In this document: in pieces, positions 62,380 through 64,000 of the stretch
Layout of the letters: each line of letters starts with the position of its first letter
Position numbering within the stretch: the stretch's first letter is position 1
From: Bilabrum cf. latius
Taxonomy: Eukaryota
Direction: 5' to 3'
NCBI GenBank assembly: GCA_965178125.1
Contig: OZ237775.1
Span: forward strand, 124,001 to 188,000
DNA length: 64,000 bases
Translations under genes and position numbers: made by a program
Notes under the pieces: model-generated
The model's input: the letters and a program-made list of their open reading frames with translations, nothing else
Database searches by the model: none
Told to the model about the DNA's origin: nothing

Positions 62380-64000
62380 ATGCGAGCGGCATGTGTAGCC
62401 GTACTGGCTGCATGTGTGTCATGTATATGGTCCTTACTCGGCTTATAGTCTGCGAGCTTGTCCACAGGCGAGCTTAAGGTACGGGGGACGTTTGCGGCTG
62501 AGACTGCGCTGTTCACAGCAGAAGACCCCAACTACAGCTTCAAAGCGCAGGATGTGAGCCGAGTCTCAACCAAATACATACTGATTGCAGCGACACAATC
62601 GCCAATTTTTGCTATGTTGCCCGCTGTGGGTTGAACTGCTCGCAGGTATCGGCAGCCCATGGGTACTCTGAGGCATACGCTACAAAGCTGTGGAAAGCGG
62701 CGTCTAGTAGTGATATCGGCCAAGCGTGGGAAGGCATAGTTGACACTTGGACAGCGGGTGTACTGCGCGGCATGGGCTTCCAGACAGCGGTGCAGCCTCG
62801 CGGCGGGGTCGTGGCTCTGCTGCGTGGCCCAGGGGGTGGCGCAGACACGGACTCTATCGTACTGAGCGCATTCGAGCCTCGTGCGTGCTGGTCTCTTGGA
62901 CGAGGCAGCAACAGCACGCACCACGGTGGGCCGGCTGCATCCCTCGTGGACTACGCGTGGAGCGGCAACGGCAGGACTGTCTGCTCGCTGCGGCATTAGT
63001 ACGGTTCAAGCACAGCCGCTGCTGGCGGCGATGCTTCTCACCCGCCAATCATCCGCTGCACGCAAAATACGGCGGGACTCTTCGTCCTGCTCGCCTCCCT
63101 GCAGCGCATTGCAGCGTCCCCATGGCGGGCCAAAGACGTTGTGGTGGCTATCCTGCCGCCCCCAGGTCACTCGTCACACCTCGCGCCGCGGTGCGGGGCT
63201 GCCGGCAGAGGCGTACGCGGCGAGAGCAGACGCGCGCATCTACCCCTCACTCGTCACACCGCTGACCCGTCGCTTCTCCTTCGTCGTCGCGCCCGACAGC
63301 TCGCCTCGCTGCTGTCGGTCTCCGCACCCCCCCCTGCTGCTGCTGCTGCTGCATCGCGCGGGGGCGATAACCGGAACAAGCCCGGGCCGCACCTGCCTCC
63401 CTCGATGAGGCTATCCGCGGCACCCACGTCCGGGGTGGCGCTCGCTTGGCCTTGGGGCGGCGCCGCGCGCGGCATGGCGGTGGTTCCGCAGGGCCTGGGC
63501 AGCGGATCGGCCTCGGCCGACATGGACCTGTTGCACAAGCTGGTGCAGGACATCGCCGAGCCTGCTGTGCCCAGGGCCAGGGCAGTCGGTGCGGGGAGGG
63601 GCGTGGGCGGTGGACTGGCGGGGGTGGGAGGTGGGGCTGGTCGCGGGAGTGATTTCGCCAAGAAGGGCAAGGGTAAGGGCAAGGGAGGCCGCGCGCGGAT
63701 TGGGTACGGGCGCGGGGCCACGCCTGCCCCGGGCACGGTGGTCGCTGGATCGGATCATGGATCGGATCATGGGTAGGGGGCTGCTCGGTCAATGATGACG
63801 AGTGCGGGCGCCCTTGTGCTGGACTGCGGCAGGTGCCAGGTGCCTGCAGGTCGAGCAGGCGAGAGAGGAGGGAAGGAGGGGTCGGGTGAAGACAGCGTCC
63901 AGAGACAGTGGAGGCAGGGCATGGTGGTGTCAGTCGGTGACCTGAGTACCGCAGGGGGTGGTCAAAGCGGGGATGGGACTGCGCTACAGGCTTGGATGGA
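62380..64000 (+). CDS. GAA1: GPI transamidase subunit GAA1/GPAA1-like; 3'-truncated by window edge
   Basis: N-terminal TM, RGTFAAETALF (cf. TYxSENAL), intron 62554-62645, VALLRGPGGGADTDSIVLSA (cf. ILRAPR..TEAIVL), WRAKDVVV (cf. WAKDI), ADMDLL (cf. PNLDL). TAGs at 62446, 62997, 63774; frame open to the end. Confidence 0.65.

Noticed and set aside
1-64000. Genes are pseudogenes or the sequence is error-ridden
   Set aside because: Interruptions are exclusively TAG, with no frameshifts or internal TAA/TGA outside plausible introns; catalytic motifs are intact; one TAG is shared by both GH3 paralogs.
1-64000. Suppressor tRNA-Gln(CUA), rRNA or transposase genes
   Set aside because: No cloverleaf, rRNA-like or transposase/RT signature recognised by eye; needs tRNAscan/Infernal to exclude formally.

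Overview
Compact, GC-rich eukaryotic (flagellated protist-like) nuclear DNA with short GT-AG introns and about 19 protein-coding genes. The supplied ORF track is fragmented because this genome does not use the standard code: TAG is read as a sense codon, and several independent lines in the window point to Gln. These include the FAH motif [21 protein letters not shown] opposite CAG in two paralog pairs, and TAG inside GQ repeats. By hand count I find roughly 95 in-frame TAGs and no in-frame TAA in my gene models; 16 genes end in TGA and 2 apparently in TAA, which suggests a UAG-only reassignment. Genes: RI-type LRR array protein, TGS-like cap methyltransferase, kinesin-8, thioredoxin/XK-like membrane protein, two inverted SLC1/DAACS transporters, two inverted ricin-B + GH3 beta-xylosidases, two SRCR-like multi-pass receptors, a secreted hypothetical protein, a GT61/EOGT-like glycosyltransferase, a ~2900-aa MAP3K, FAH, a GQ-repeat membrane protein, a GNAT, an NWE-type ciliary protein, a type I membrane protein and GAA1. 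A dispersed 11-mer (TGTGACGAGTG, about 18 exact copies on both strands and in several reading frames) is a second unexplained signal. All gene models were read by eye; starts and splice sites are inferences.
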